Origin: Candidatus Latescibacterota bacterium
GTDB taxonomy: Bacteria > Latescibacterota > UBA2968 > UBA8231
Length of the DNA: 64,000 nt
Assembly (NCBI GenBank): GCA_965205655.1
Contig: CBDBIJ010000015.1
Span: forward strand, 32,001-96,000
Reading direction: 5' to 3'
Below the pieces are notes generated by a model. That model saw nothing but the letters and a program-made list of their open reading frames with translations, made no database searches and was not told the origin of the DNA. The position numbers and the translations under genes were made by a program. Below are positions 40,482-51,884 of this stretch, in pieces. Numbering within the stretch: the stretch's first letter is position 1; each line of letters opens with the position of its first letter.

Positions 40482-42728
40482 CTATCTCAACTGCAGTATC
40501 CGCGTCTGTAGCGGAAGCGTTTTCAGCTCCACCCAACCGTCCCGAACTGACATCGCGTTCCCCCCCCTCGTCTCAACCGCCAGGCCCATTACTTCATAGG
40601 TGTCGAAGATGACATCGAGCTGCGCGACCGGCTTTGCCAGGTAGTCGCAGCGAAATCGGACAGTTCGGGGGCGACGAAAGTCCAGGTTGTGAATCACCAG
40701 GGCTGCGTCGTGTTCACCATAGCGGCAGTATGCGAAGACGAGATCTTCGGGATCGCCCCCCTCGAACTCGTTTCGGTGGTAGTAGACGAGACCCGTCCGG
40801 AACACGTTCCACTCCTTCATCCTTTCTTTCAGAAGGCCGTATGACTGCGACAACCGAGATCCGAGCATCGTTTCGCTCGCCTCTGTCCCCAGCAGACATT
40901 CGTTTTCGAAGTCCGTCTGCGCCTCTTCGCCCCATTCACTGCCCAGCTCTAGCCCGTAGACGATATTCGTGCCGGCCCCAACCACGCCGTTTGCGCCCGA
41001 TGCAGCCATGCCGGCCGTGGCGTTGATGAGCGAAGCCTGCAGGTTTTTGAGCAGGGCCATCGTCAGTGGAGGATGATCCTCGGCCGGGGGATTTTCCGCC
41101 AACGCCCACTGGGCAGCCAGCCCCAGCTCGTCGGCGCACGCCTGTGAGAAGCGCTCGTGCCAGACTCGCGTCGCTCTGGGGCTGTCGTGGTTCTCGAAGT
41201 AGGCCATGGCTACCGTGTGGGCCGGCAGTTGGGAGTGCATCTCCTCTAGGAGCCTGATCAGCGGTTCGGCGGTGGCCACGTCCCGGTGAAGATCGACAAC
41301 GAGAGCGTAGATCATGTCCGCCGGTACGTCCGTTGCCTCCTGCAGCGGGCAGAGGGTCTCTCCCAGAACGAGGGCGTCTTCTTTGATGGCGTTGATCCTG
41401 TTCTTGATTCGCTTGAGAAAGGGTCTGTCCAGCGTCTGGCTCGCGTCGATGCGGACGCCGTCCAGATCGCAGGTCTGCATCCAGTATGGCGCGACGCCGA
41501 GGAGATATTCCTGAAGGGGCTCGTTGAACGTCAAATCGAGGAGCGCTACGTCTGAATAGACGAGCCAGGCGATCTGGTGGATAGTGGGTCTGCCTTCGTC
41601 ATCCGTGATGTACCATTCCGGATTCGTTCGGATGAGGGGGTTGTCCCTGCTCGTCTGCGCCAGCACGAGATCGAAGATGACCCGCTTTCCGAGCTCGTGC
41701 GCCCGCCTCGTCAGTGCCCTCAATTCGGCTCTACCCAGCAGCTGAATGAGATTGTCCCGCCCCCATCGTCGCATCAGTTCGAACGCATCGAAATCGGCCA
41801 GCTCTGCGGATGACGCGAGCGGTATCTCCGTTTCGAGCAGATCGTTGGCCACGATCAGATCCTCACCCACGAGACGGCGCAGGTCTGCTTGCTCGGGAGG
41901 TGTAACGAGATCGGGATCGAGCGCGAAAAAATCCGCCACGGCGTATGGGCTCCCCAGTTGCCCCTTGCGGACATCTTGGCCGGTGTGCAGGTCGAAGTAG
42001 CCGGGCTTGAAGAACGGCAATAGGTAGACGACATCGACTGGCAGTCTCTCCAGCCGGTCTGTGACATGGGCGAAGCGGCCGCTGACGAAACGCCCCTGCG
42101 CGTCCGTCGTCGCTCCCGTTTTGCGCGTGCACACTTCCATCACTGAGGGACATTGCCTGACCCATTCCGGGCTCACGACGATGAGGCCGTCTTCGTTCTC
42201 GGCGATGTCGTTGAGAGACACCCATGCCTTGTGCGGCGAGTTCGGCTCGTGGGCGTCGCCGGAAAACTGCACTGTGTAGCTGAACACACCGGTCTTTTCG
42301 AGGTGCAAAGGGTCAGACTCGAACTGCAGGTTCTGTCCGGAGAGGAGCGGTGCACCATTGTTGCTACAGCACAGGCGCATGGCAATATGCCTTCCGTGCG
42401 CCAGCGCCGCCGCCGCCTGTCCCGACGAGGCCCCGATCGTCTCGACTACCCGATCATTGGCGTCGGTCCAGAGACGCACATCTACCGCCCCTTCTCGGAC
42501 TTGCGCCGCCGGGATCGCGGCGACGAACAGCTCGACCTGCACGCGCGCCTCGACGGACGGTCGCCGAGGGTCGATGTATACGCGAGCGAGTTTAGAAGGG
42601 AAGAATCGCCCTTCGAGATCGATAGAGAGATTCCCCGCCCACACGAGCCAGTTGTCGAAGTGACGGGGGCGGTAGGTGAGGTGGAGTTGCCGGTGAAAGA
42701 TCTCTCGGCAGCTGTTCGCGCCGCTCAC
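40482..42728 (-). CDS. Alpha-amylase family (GH13) glycoside hydrolase
   Basis: VYLLPF, GSPYAVADF, VIFDLV and the catalytic DGVRIDASQ, LGETL, YFENHDSPR. Confidence 0.85.
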   Translation of the reverse strand: MSGANSCREIFHRQLHLTYRPRHFDNWLVWAGNLSIDLEGRFFPSKLARVYIDPRRPSVEARVQVELFVAAIPAAQVREGAVDVRLWTDANDRVVETIGASSGQAAAALAHGRHIAMRLCCSNNGAPLLSGQNLQFESDPLHLEKTGVFSYTVQFSGDAHEPNSPHKAWVSLNDIAENEDGLIVVSPEWVRQCPSVMEVCTRKTGATTDAQGRFVSGRFAHVTDRLERLPVDVVYLLPFFKPGYFDLHTGQDVRKGQLGSPYAVADFFALDPDLVTPPEQADLRRLVGEDLIVANDLLETEIPLASSAELADFDAFELMRRWGRDNLIQLLGRAELRALTRRAHELGKRVIFDLVLAQTSRDNPLIRTNPEWYITDDEGRPTIHQIAWLVYSDVALLDLTFNEPLQEYLLGVAPYWMQTCDLDGVRIDASQTLDRPFLKRIKNRINAIKEDALVLGETLCPLQEATDVPADMIYALVVDLHRDVATAEPLIRLLEEMHSQLPAHTVAMAYFENHDSPRATRVWHERFSQACADELGLAAQWALAENPPAEDHPPLTMALLKNLQASLINATAGMAASGANGVVGAGTNIVYGLELGSEWGEEAQTDFENECLLGTEASETMLGSRLSQSYGLLKERMKEWNVFRTGLVYYHRNEFEGGDPEDLVFAYCRYGEHDAALVIHNLDFRRPRTVRFRCDYLAKPVAQLDVIFDTYEVMGLAVETRGGNAMSVRDGWVELKTLPLQTRILQLR

Positions 42729-42744
42729 GGGGAGAAGGCTCAGC

Positions 42745-43728
42745 TTAGTTGTGGCTCTTGTGGTAGTGCGCCCTGAGGAGATCCTCGCCGAAGTTTCTCG
42801 TCAAATCGTGCCATACGGCGTGGATGTGATTGGCATCGTTTTGCGTGTTGTCGTATTCGGCCATGAAGGTCGGCCCCTGTAGTCGGTAGTAGTGACGGCC
42901 TCGCCGCTCGTGTGAGCCCGCCCAAGCAAAGTGGATCCGGTCGAGATCCGCACGCTCGAGCCTGTCCATCTCGAACGTGGCCACCGTTTTCGGCAACCGC
43001 GACACGTACACCTCCACGAGGGTTCGCAGCGCCTGTCGCTGGCTCTCGGTCATTTGCCGGCCCGCAAGTCCGGGCGGTTGCAGCTCCTCGCGCACGAATG
43101 GGGCGTTTCTGGTCAGGATGTCGTCGGGGGCCTCGCTGCTGACGACGGCAATCCGCTTCTGTTCGCCATCGAGGTCATAGAGGAGTTCCCGGGCCGTGTC
43201 TTCCTCGTCCTTGAGGGCCCGTAGCCCTGAGTGTTCGCCGTGACGCACTTCGGCGGGGTTGGCGCCAAAGAAATTCGGCGTTGACGATGCGAGACAGCCG
43301 TTCACGATGGTGTTGTTCAGCGACAGATGGTGTCCTTCGAAGCGCCAGCCCCAGGGATCGTCGGCACCCACGATTCCGAACACACTCATGTAGTAGAGCT
43401 CCGGGTCGCGGACAAATTTTGCCCCGGCTCCCTCGATTTCACCCAGGATCGGCTCCAGCCCGATGATCGTCTTCGCCCTGGCGTGGGCCGCGTCGCTCAA
43501 ACCGGTGGCTGCCAGGTCGAGCGCCGCCTGTTGTTGGCGTCGATCCATTTCCTTGAGCGGCAACCCCCTCCTCGGCCTGGGAACGTAGTGCCAGTTCGTT
43601 CGTTCCTCGTCGTCGCCGAAATCGATGACAGCTTTGCGGCGCTGCTCTTGCCCGAGTTCCTGCAGAAAACGATTCGCAGCCTCCGCCATTCGCTTTGCCG
43701 TCTCTCTGAGTTGAGTTGAGTCGATCAT
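42745..43728 (-). CDS. DUF3500-domain protein
   Basis: WHYVPRPRRGL, RDPELYY, WGWRFEGHHLSLN, YYRLQGPTF.AEYDNTQNDANHIHAVW.D. Confidence 0.88.
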   Translation of the reverse strand: MIDSTQLRETAKRMAEAANRFLQELGQEQRRKAVIDFGDDEERTNWHYVPRPRRGLPLKEMDRRQQQAALDLAATGLSDAAHARAKTIIGLEPILGEIEGAGAKFVRDPELYYMSVFGIVGADDPWGWRFEGHHLSLNNTIVNGCLASSTPNFFGANPAEVRHGEHSGLRALKDEEDTARELLYDLDGEQKRIAVVSSEAPDDILTRNAPFVREELQPPGLAGRQMTESQRQALRTLVEVYVSRLPKTVATFEMDRLERADLDRIHFAWAGSHERRGRHYYRLQGPTFMAEYDNTQNDANHIHAVWHDLTRNFGEDLLRAHYHKSHN

Positions 43729-43766
43729 GGTCACGTTATCGCGTTTTGATGGCTGGCCACGCCTCC

Positions 43767-44516
43767 TCACGGGCGACGGGAAGCCAGATCGTCGCCGAGG
43801 TCGATGGTTGTAACCTCTTCGTCCGCTATCCCGACAGCAATGCGCAAGAAGCCAAGTACCTCATTCCCAGAGTTATAGATGCCGTGGCCTTCGCCGATTC
43901 CCTGAAACGTCACCGACCCCGGTTCCACTCGAAAGGTATCGCCATCGATCGTCATGTACCCTCTACCCTCGAGGACGACGAACGACTCCTCCAGGCCGCC
44001 GTGGTTGTGGTAGCCGACGGAGCTGTCGGGCGCCAGCACGGCGTGGTCGAGGAAGGTCCAGCTGCTCTCGAAATCGGAGTGGACCCAGATGTGCCGTGTG
44101 GCGATTCGACCTCGGCCCCCGTGTATGGCCGGTCGCCAGGACAGCTTCTCCTCGTCGACGGCCTCGATGCCGAAACTCCCTCCACCGTCTCGTGCGCCGG
44201 CGACACGGACGACGATTGCGGAAACGCTCGAATCGGAGGTGTTGACGAGGTGGTGGGGTGCTCCGGCACATCTCAAGACGCTCGGAGCCTGTACTGCCGC
44301 CTCGAATCCTTCGCTGTGGAATTCGCACGAACCCGCGAGCAGGAGGTAGCCGTACTCGCACGCCTCGAACACCGGGGTGTGTGAGTCGCTAGGTTCGAGG
44401 TGAATGCGGCGCAAGGGTAACCAGGGCGTTTGCTGTTGTGCTCCGGGCGAGGCTGGCGCTGCTGATTCGTCGCCTTGTGCCGCGTCAGCCAGTTCCCCGA
44501 TTTGCGCGTGCTTCAT
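43767..44516 (-). CDS. Cupin-domain (bicupin-like) protein
   Basis: Probable start MKHAQIGEL. GYHNHGGLEESFVVLEGRG...GEGHGIYN metal-binding cupin motif, with a degenerate first cupin. Confidence 0.78.
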   Translation of the reverse strand: MKHAQIGELADAAQGDESAAPASPGAQQQTPWLPLRRIHLEPSDSHTPVFEACEYGYLLLAGSCEFHSEGFEAAVQAPSVLRCAGAPHHLVNTSDSSVSAIVVRVAGARDGGGSFGIEAVDEEKLSWRPAIHGGRGRIATRHIWVHSDFESSWTFLDHAVLAPDSSVGYHNHGGLEESFVVLEGRGYMTIDGDTFRVEPGSVTFQGIGEGHGIYNSGNEVLGFLRIAVGIADEEVTTIDLGDDLASRRP

Positions 44517-44757
44517 TCCATCTCCGAGCTCGATCTCCGGCACGCCTCTTGCAAATCCTGCGATTGAGACGCGCTTCCCTCTTGTAGACGCGTCTCCTCT
44601 CCGAAGGCGAGAAGGTACGCCCGCCACGGATGACCGACAACGAGAGGGCTCTTCCGTCGGCTTGACTATCGGCCTGGTGAAGACTACATAGACGGATCCT
44701 TTGACCATAGGAGGCGTAATGACCGGCTTCTTCGCGTCGCTGCTTGACTGACACCTC

Positions 44758-45466
44758 GTGGCGGCCGACGTCATCGCTCTCGTCCTGCCGTCCTTCACGC
44801 CAGTTGGAACTTCGCTGTCCGCAGGGTCGCCGGCGATCTTCTCGTCATCTGGCTTGGATGGCTCGCAGCCGCCTTTCTGTACGCCCCCTTCGGATTGTGG
44901 CTCATCTGGAACAGTCCCGATGCCATCCGGCTGACACCGAAGGTGGCCGGCTGCGTCGTCGGCACCGGGCTCGTTCACGCCCTCTATACCTACCTCCTCG
45001 CCCGCGCCTACGAACTCGGCGAGCTGTCTGTCGTATATCCGATCGCGCGAGGCACCGGCGTGGGCCTCACTTCCCTCCTCGCCTTTTTCTATCTGGACGA
45101 GCCGATATCACGACTCGGCGCCCTGGGAGTGACGCTCCACTTCTCTACATCTGGCTCTTATACCTGCTGATGGCCACCTTCGTTTGGCCGCTCGTCCACA
45201 CGAGGAACGAGCCCAGCTTGATTGACTGCGCGCGCCGGAATCTGCTTTCCGTCCTCCTCATCGGACCGGGATCGCTGCTGACCTATCTGATGATCCTCTT
45301 CGCCTTTCGAATGGAGCGGGTGAGCTACGTCGTCGCCGTCCGCGAGTTCGCCGTCGTCATCGGCGCCGCAATTGGCATTGTCGTGCTCCGCGAGCGCTTC
45401 ACGCTTGCGAAAGCAGTGGCTATTGCCGGTATTACGGCCGGCCTGATCTGTATTGGGGCGGCGTGA
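44758..45466 (+). pseudogene. EamA/DMT-family transporter pseudogene
   Basis: Three frames: VAADVIALVL / AVLHASWN...LARAYELGELSVVYPIARG...LGALGV / APLLYIW...VSYVVAVREFAVVIG. Frameshifts near 44787 and 45133, the latter apparently with an internal deletion. Confidence 0.75.
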
Positions 45467-45518
45467 CGACGAGGAGCAGGTTACGGGAACTTCGTCAACC
45501 CTGGCTCTTCTTACGATG

Positions 45519-46575
45519 CGCGAATTCACATACTAAGTGCGATAAGAGGCGATCTGGGATACTGTAGTCTCCTAACCCGGCTAAAGGAAGGGAGGCTACG
45601 TTGGCGTATCACCAGATCACCTGTGAAGAACGATACATCATTTGGGCACTGAGACGAAAAGAGGTAACCGTGGCTGAGATCGCACGGACCCTTGGACGGC
45701 ATCCAAGTTCGATCTATCGAGAGGTCCAACGCAACCGCGGGCGAGCGGATGGATTCTACCGGCCTTTGCAGGCGCACGGCTACGCGCGTACCAGGCGGTC
45801 GCACTCGCGGCGGAACTTCCGCCTCTCCACCGCTGACTGGGATCTCGTCCAGGAACTGCTCAAGAACGACTGGAGCCCCGAGCAGATCGCTGGATGGCTC
45901 CGTCGCTACCGAATCCTCGAGATCAGCCACGAGACCATTTATCGTCACGTCTGGGCTGACAAACGACGCGGTGGCTCCCTCTACCAGCACCTGCGCGGCG
46001 CCACCAAACTACGACGTAAGCGACACGGCACCTACGACTCTCGAGGACGACTGGCCGGAAAGAGGCCGATCGAGGACCGACCCGCCGCGGCCGACAACCG
46101 CTCCCGCGTCGGACACTGGGAGGCCGACACAATGCTCGGCGACGGCAGGCCGTGCGTCGTCACCCTCGTGGAACGAAAGACCGGGTACGTCGAGATCGGA
46201 AAGCTCAACGCGCGAACGGCCGACGAGCTCAGCCGACGGACTCTCCAGCTCATCCACCGCCAACCCCGCCCCGTACACACCATCACCGCAGACAACGGAA
46301 CCGAATTCCACAGCTACGCCGACATCGAGCGCGTCACCGATACCCGCTTCTACTTCGCCAATCCCCATCACGCCTGGGAACGAGGCACCAACGAGAACAC
46401 CAATGGCCTCATTCGACAGTACTTGTCCAAGAAAAAAAGCATGGCCGACCTCACCCAGTACGACTGCAACGCCATCGCACGAAAACTCAACCGAAGACCA
46501 CGAAAACGACTCGGATATCTAACCCCAGAGGAGTGCTACAATCCCTGAGTGTCGCACTTCAAAGTTGATGCTACG
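45519..46575 (+). mobile_element. IS30-family insertion sequence
   Basis: Imperfect 26-bp IRs (15/26, shared core AAGTGCGA, both beginning CG). ATG 3-bp duplication at 45516-45518 and 46576-46578. Confidence 0.8.
45601..46548 (+). CDS. IS30-family transposase
   Basis: WSPEQIAG, ISHETIY, GHWEADT, TADNGTEF, WERGTNENTNGLIRQY and NRRPRKRLGY. Confidence 0.96.
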   Translation: MAYHQITCEERYIIWALRRKEVTVAEIARTLGRHPSSIYREVQRNRGRADGFYRPLQAHGYARTRRSHSRRNFRLSTADWDLVQELLKNDWSPEQIAGWLRRYRILEISHETIYRHVWADKRRGGSLYQHLRGATKLRRKRHGTYDSRGRLAGKRPIEDRPAAADNRSRVGHWEADTMLGDGRPCVVTLVERKTGYVEIGKLNARTADELSRRTLQLIHRQPRPVHTITADNGTEFHSYADIERVTDTRFYFANPHHAWERGTNENTNGLIRQYLSKKKSMADLTQYDCNAIARKLNRRPRKRLGYLTPEECYNP

Positions 46576-46621
46576 ATGACGAAAACGGTGCGCTCGGCCA
46601 TCTGGAGGGGGAAAACGACTC

Positions 46622-49600
46622 ATGTCAATCTCGCTGCGTTGCGGCGGGCTCGTGGTTTCGCTCACAATCGGCCTGGCGACGGACGCCACAGCGGCAAACC
46701 GGATCTTCAACTTCGACGTCGTGCGTCAGCACGACGCCGCCACGATCAGCTGGGAAAGCCGTTTCCCCGGAGTCAATGACACCCTGCGCTACCGGGTGAC
46801 GGACGCGCCAGAATGGCAGGTTGCCGTCAACCCCGACCTGCAGGGCACGACCTCACTGATTCTCGACGCCACCCTCCTCCTCATCGACGCTGGTGTGGAT
46901 GTTGGTGACGGGGATACCGATCCGTTCAGAGCGGCCTTATCAGCTGGCGGTATTGACCCGCCGTACGAAGAGGGATTCCTCGAGGCACTTCAGGCGTTCG
47001 ACCGCATTCTGCGGTCTCGCCGGCACCGGATCACGACGGCAGGGCTTCTCTCAGATACTCAATACGAATACGAAGCTCTTTCCGTCAGCTTGCAGGACAA
47101 TCGCAGCGAGCTCCACGCCGGATTCTTCCGCACCAGGGCAGCGCCCGACTTGCGGCAGGTGACGGGAACCGACCTCGACATTCAGACGACGCCGTCGACG
47201 GCCGTGGCGAACTGGTTCACGAACCGCGCCTGCGACACCCGTTTGTTGGTCAACGAAATCGGACTGGAGCCCGACATAGAGGAAGCGCGACTCGATGAGG
47301 GACAGGGGTCTCTCTTTCACATCGCCTCTGCTGCGGGCTTGAAACCGGATACGGAGTACGAGTTCGTCGTCACCTCCCGGCTCGTGGGTGCCGACGGTCT
47401 CATCGCAGCTGGCATGCTGACGGAGGACGACGCGAGTGTGGTCAAGACCGGGAGCTTTCGGACTCGGCGACAGCGGGAGCCGCTGCGACTTCTGACACCT
47501 CCAGCCCGTATCCTCAGCGCCGAGAGAGCGACGATCGACGTGCGGTTCAATCAGATCGCGCTGGCGACAATCGACTACGGCGAGGTGCCGTCCTCTGATG
47601 CCTACCCGATCTCACTCACTTCGGCTGACATTCTCAGAACCCACAGTATCACCCTGTCGGATCTGACGCCTGCCACCACCTACCGCTACCTCATTGGGGC
47701 CGTCACCCCGGACGGGGACAGCTTGACGACCGATCCAGGCGGCAACGAGCAATGGAATCGGGATCTGACGTTCAGCACGGCGGCCGCTGGTGACACGCTG
47801 CCACCCGTCATCATCGAGGGGCCGTCAGTGATCGCCGGCGACGTCATCGCCATTGTCAGCTTCACCACCGATGTGGATACCCGCGCTACCGTCTTCTTCG
47901 GGACGCGAGGCGGCACTTACGGGACCGCCGACGAGTTCGAAATCCCCGATCACACGCCGGATGGCAAACTGAGGCTGTCGCACGAGCACTTCATCACCAT
48001 CGGCGGCCTGGATCTCGGCACCGAGTACGAGTACGGCATCCTCGTGGAGGCGCCGAACGGTAAGTCCGCGAGCTTCGAGCGCGACCTGTTTGCCGGTAAA
48101 GTCACAGCCGTTCACCAGCCTCCAGGTGGCGGCGGCAGCTTTACCACGAGCAATCAGCCCGACACCCAGTTTCCCGTCATCCTCTCCGGGCCCACGGTGA
48201 CGTCGAAAACGCACGACACCGCGATCGTCGAGTACACCACGGACGAACCGGCTACGGGCGAGGTCCGCTTTGGCACTCTTGGGCTCGACGACTTCGCGAA
48301 CTCCGGCGAGAGCAGGACGAAGCACAAATTCATCCTGAGCAATCTCGATCCGGCGACTCGGTACAATTATCTGGTGGCGTCGACGGACGCCTCTGGGAAC
48401 GGGGCTACGGAGTCGGCCATGGCGGTGTTCACCACCGACCCGGAGATCGACGTGACGGCGCCGTCTCTGGGTGACCCGGTCATCATCTACAAAAACGATG
48501 AGAGCGCCACGGTGCAGTGGACGGCGGACGAGGAGTCCACCGGCGAAGTTGAGTTCGGCGCCGACACCGGGCCTCGGCTTCATCCGCAGCTTGCCCGAGA
48601 CGGCCTCACAGCACGAGATCACGCTGACGAACCTGGAGGCGAACACGGAGTATTTCTACAAGGTCTCCTCGTCGGATTTGAGCAACAACGGTCCCAGCGA
48701 GTCAACGGTGTTTTCCTTCACCACCGATGCGACGGCTGATCTGGATTCGCCCGAGATCTCCAACGTGCTCTTCGAGCCGGCCGATGAGGAGGCCGTCATC
48801 ACCTGGACGACGAACGAGCTGGCCGACAGCTTCATCGACTTCGGCACGACCTCGGGTCTGTTGGATGTGGCGGTGGGCTCGGTGGAGGATGTGCTCGAGC
48901 ACGAGGTCATTCTGACGAACCTGACGGCGGGCACGACCTACTTTTTCACCGCCGGCTCCATCGACCGGGCCAACAACCCGGCCGCCGCCAGCGCCGAGCT
49001 CAGCTTTGCCACCCTGGACGCGGCCGGCGGCCCCCGCCAACCTGGCCGGCACGAGCGGCAACGCCCAGGCCCTGCTCAGTTGGGATGCCAACACCGAGCT
49101 CGATTTCGCCAGTTACACCCTGTCGCGACGGCTGACCGGCGAGGCCGATTTCGCGGCCATCGCCTCGGGGCTAGCGGAGGCAAGCTACACCGATCTGGGG
49201 CTCGTCAACGACCAGAGCTACGACTACGAAGTCAACGCCGTGGGACCGCACCGACAACATCTCGGTGGCCTCGAACGCCTCCTCCGTCATCCCCACAGCC
49301 ACCATGGCGCCCTCGCTGGTCAGTGATCTGTCGCGTTCGGGCGAAGCCCTCACACCGACGTTCGTTTTTAGCGATGCGACGCCCTTCACCGCCGGCGCCT
49401 CCCTGACCTACACGGTGCAGGTGTCCACGCTCGATGATTTTTCGAACGTCGTCGACTCCGAATCCGACATCCTGGCCGGCGCCGGGAATGTGGGCGCCGG
49501 ACAGACGGGCTGGACGATCACCCGCGAGCTCACCGATGGGACGACCTACTACTGGCGCGTGCGCGCCGTGGAGGGCTCGCTCATCGGAAACTGGACGGCG

Positions 49601-50557
49601 ACGCAGGAATTCATCGCTCAGGCCGTCGTGCTCGAGGGCGACTTCAATGGCGATCTGGCCGTCGATCTCGACGACTTCTTCGAGTTCGCCAACAACTTCG
49701 GCCAGTCGGCCACCGGCGATGCGGCCAAGTTCGATCTCGACGGTGACGGTCAGGTCGATCTCGACGACTTCTTCCGGTTCGCCAACAACTTCGGCACCTC
49801 GGTTGCCGGCAAGCCGTGGGCCTTCGCCCACTTCCTCGACGAGCAGGCCCACATCCGGCTCGAGGCATCGGGTGGCAGCCGCGCCGATGAGGGCGGGCGC
49901 ACACACGCGCCTATCGCCGTGCGCGTCGACGCCACCGGTGTCGAAGAGATGACCGCCTTCGGCCTCGTCATCGGCTACGATCCAACCGCCGTCCGCTTCG
50001 AGCGGGCCGGCGCCGGGCACCTGCTCGAGTCGCAGGGCGGCGAAGCGCCCTTCTTCCAGGTCTTCCGTCACACCCCCGGGCTCATCGTCATCGGCAACGG
50101 CCTGGCCAGCGGCGAGCCCGTCTCCGGCCATGGACCGCTCGCCGAACTCGTCTTCGTCACCACCACGACAGGCCCCACGAACGACGCCTTCTTCGATCTG
50201 AGGGACGCCGTCATCGCCCGCGACGACGGCACCGTCCATCGCGTCGCCCGGCTCGTCGCCGCGCAGCTGCGGCCGGCCGAGTTTCGACTCGGGGCCAACT
50301 TCCCCAACCCCTTCAACCCCACCACGAGTATCGACTACGATGTGCCCCAGGCCGCACCGGTCGAGCTCGTCATCTATGATGTCCTCGGACAAAAAGTGAA
50401 AACCCTCGTCGACGACGGCGACCACCACGCCGGCTTCCACACCGCCGTGTGGGACGGCACCGATGCGCACAACCGACCCGTCGGAAACGGCCTCTACTTC
50501 TATCGACTCACCGCCGACAGATTCCACAGCGTCGGCAAAATGATGCTCCTCAAGTAG
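46622..50557 (+). CDS. Large secreted multi-FN3 protein with dockerin-like, cohesin-like and FlgD-Ig/CTD domains; three frameshifts (~48569, ~49028, ~49243)
   Basis: Signal peptide; about 9 FN3-like units (W.TDE.A...FG...H...L..L...T.Y.Y); paired GDFNGD..VDLDDFF.FANNFG repeats; a cohesin-like segment; NFPNPFNPTT...WDG.D...V.NGLYFYRL. Four consecutive ORFs join into about 1310 aa. Confidence 0.8.
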
Positions 50558-50585
50558 AGAGACTGCGACTGCCCGACGAATCGGG

Positions 50586-51879
50586 TCAGCGGATGGGTAT
50601 GAGCTCCACCCTGCGATTCATGGCACGTCCCCGGGAGGTCGAGTTCGACGCGATGGGGTCCGCCTCTCCGAAGGCTTCCAGGGTCAGGCGCCAGTTCTCG
50701 ACACCCCGCGCTACGAGGTGGTCGCGAACGACACCGCACCGCACTCCTGACAGACGCAGATTGACGCTCCAGCTGCCGACACTGTCCGAGTAGCCGCGCA
50801 GCTCGAGCTCCGCTTTCTCATGCTTTATGAGATAGTCTGCTACCCTGTCGAGGTATGCCTCGTTCTCGGGAGTCAGCTTCGCGCCACCGGTGGGGAAGAA
50901 GATTGTTTCGAACGCGAAGCCCGGCTGACCTGGGCCCAGATTCTCCGACTTCGAGCCGCTTGCGGTCCGGCGCCCGGGGCCGTCGGCGATGAGAGGATTT
51001 CCTCCACGCTCTATTTCCCTTTCCATCATCGATTCCGTCCTCATCCGAATCCGTCCGGTTCGGATTCGTTCCGTGGACCTCTACTTCTTCCCGGTCGTCG
51101 AGGCCATCGCCGTCGCTGTCCATCATGAGCGGGTTGGTGAAATGCACGGTCGTTTCATCCAGGTCGCCGAGCCCGTCGCCGTCGCGGTCCGCGCCCCTGT
51201 GCGTCGGCGGCTCGACTCGATCCGCCCGCGACAGTTGCCTCACCGACGATTCAGCGTCGAAGCGACGTGTCGGCACGTGCGACTCTGTGATCTCCACGGC
51301 TTTGCCGCCGGTTGAAATCGTCAATCCCGCCTGCGCCAGCCAGAAACCGTCGTTCCCCTTCTCGAGGCTGGTCCCGTCCAGATCGTCCCGCAAGCTGTAG
51401 GTGTAGCCGGTGCTCAGCTCGAAGGATACGCGGTCGGTCAGTGTTGTCTGGATCCCGACTCCGGCCGGTAGTATCGCGCTCCAAGCGATGCGCTCGCGAT
51501 CGGATGTCGCCCCCGCTGGCAGCGTGTCGATGTCATGACGCGCCGCGCCCACACCACCGAAGGCGAAGGGCCGCCACGCCGTCGCCGACCGCGGCCCGAC
51601 GAGGACGCGCGCGTCGGCCATGGCGAGGTCGGTGGCGTGAACGGCCCCGGAGAGGCGGCCATAGCCCGCCCCAGCCTCCACGACGAGGTGTGAACGGATT
51701 GCGTATCGAATGAAGAGTCGCCCGTGAACACTGGCGTCATCTGTGAGATCGGTGCGGCCCATGAGCAGACCGGATCGAAATCCGACTCTGGCCGGAGAGA
51801 ACACACTGGCGGCGACGGTAGGAGCGGCGGCGGCTATCGTCACCACCACCGGGACCAGCGCGGACGTCAAGCGAGCCAT
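50586..51879 (-). CDS. OmpA-family outer-membrane protein (beta-barrel, TSP3-like Ca-binding repeats, OmpA_C); frameshift near 51017
   Basis: Signal peptide, barrel strands, DRDGDGLGD / DSDGDGLDD / DSDEDGIDD repeats, then in the other frame IFFPTGGAKL...GYSDSVG...NLRLS...GRAMNRRVE. Confidence 0.85.
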
Positions 51880-51884
51880 CCCTC

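Noticed and set aside
44590..44751. Possible riboswitch or leader peptide (AGGAGG-cgta-ATG, MTGFFASLLD*) before the EamA pseudogene
   Set aside because: The SD spacing is only 4 nt and I could match no known riboswitch consensus.
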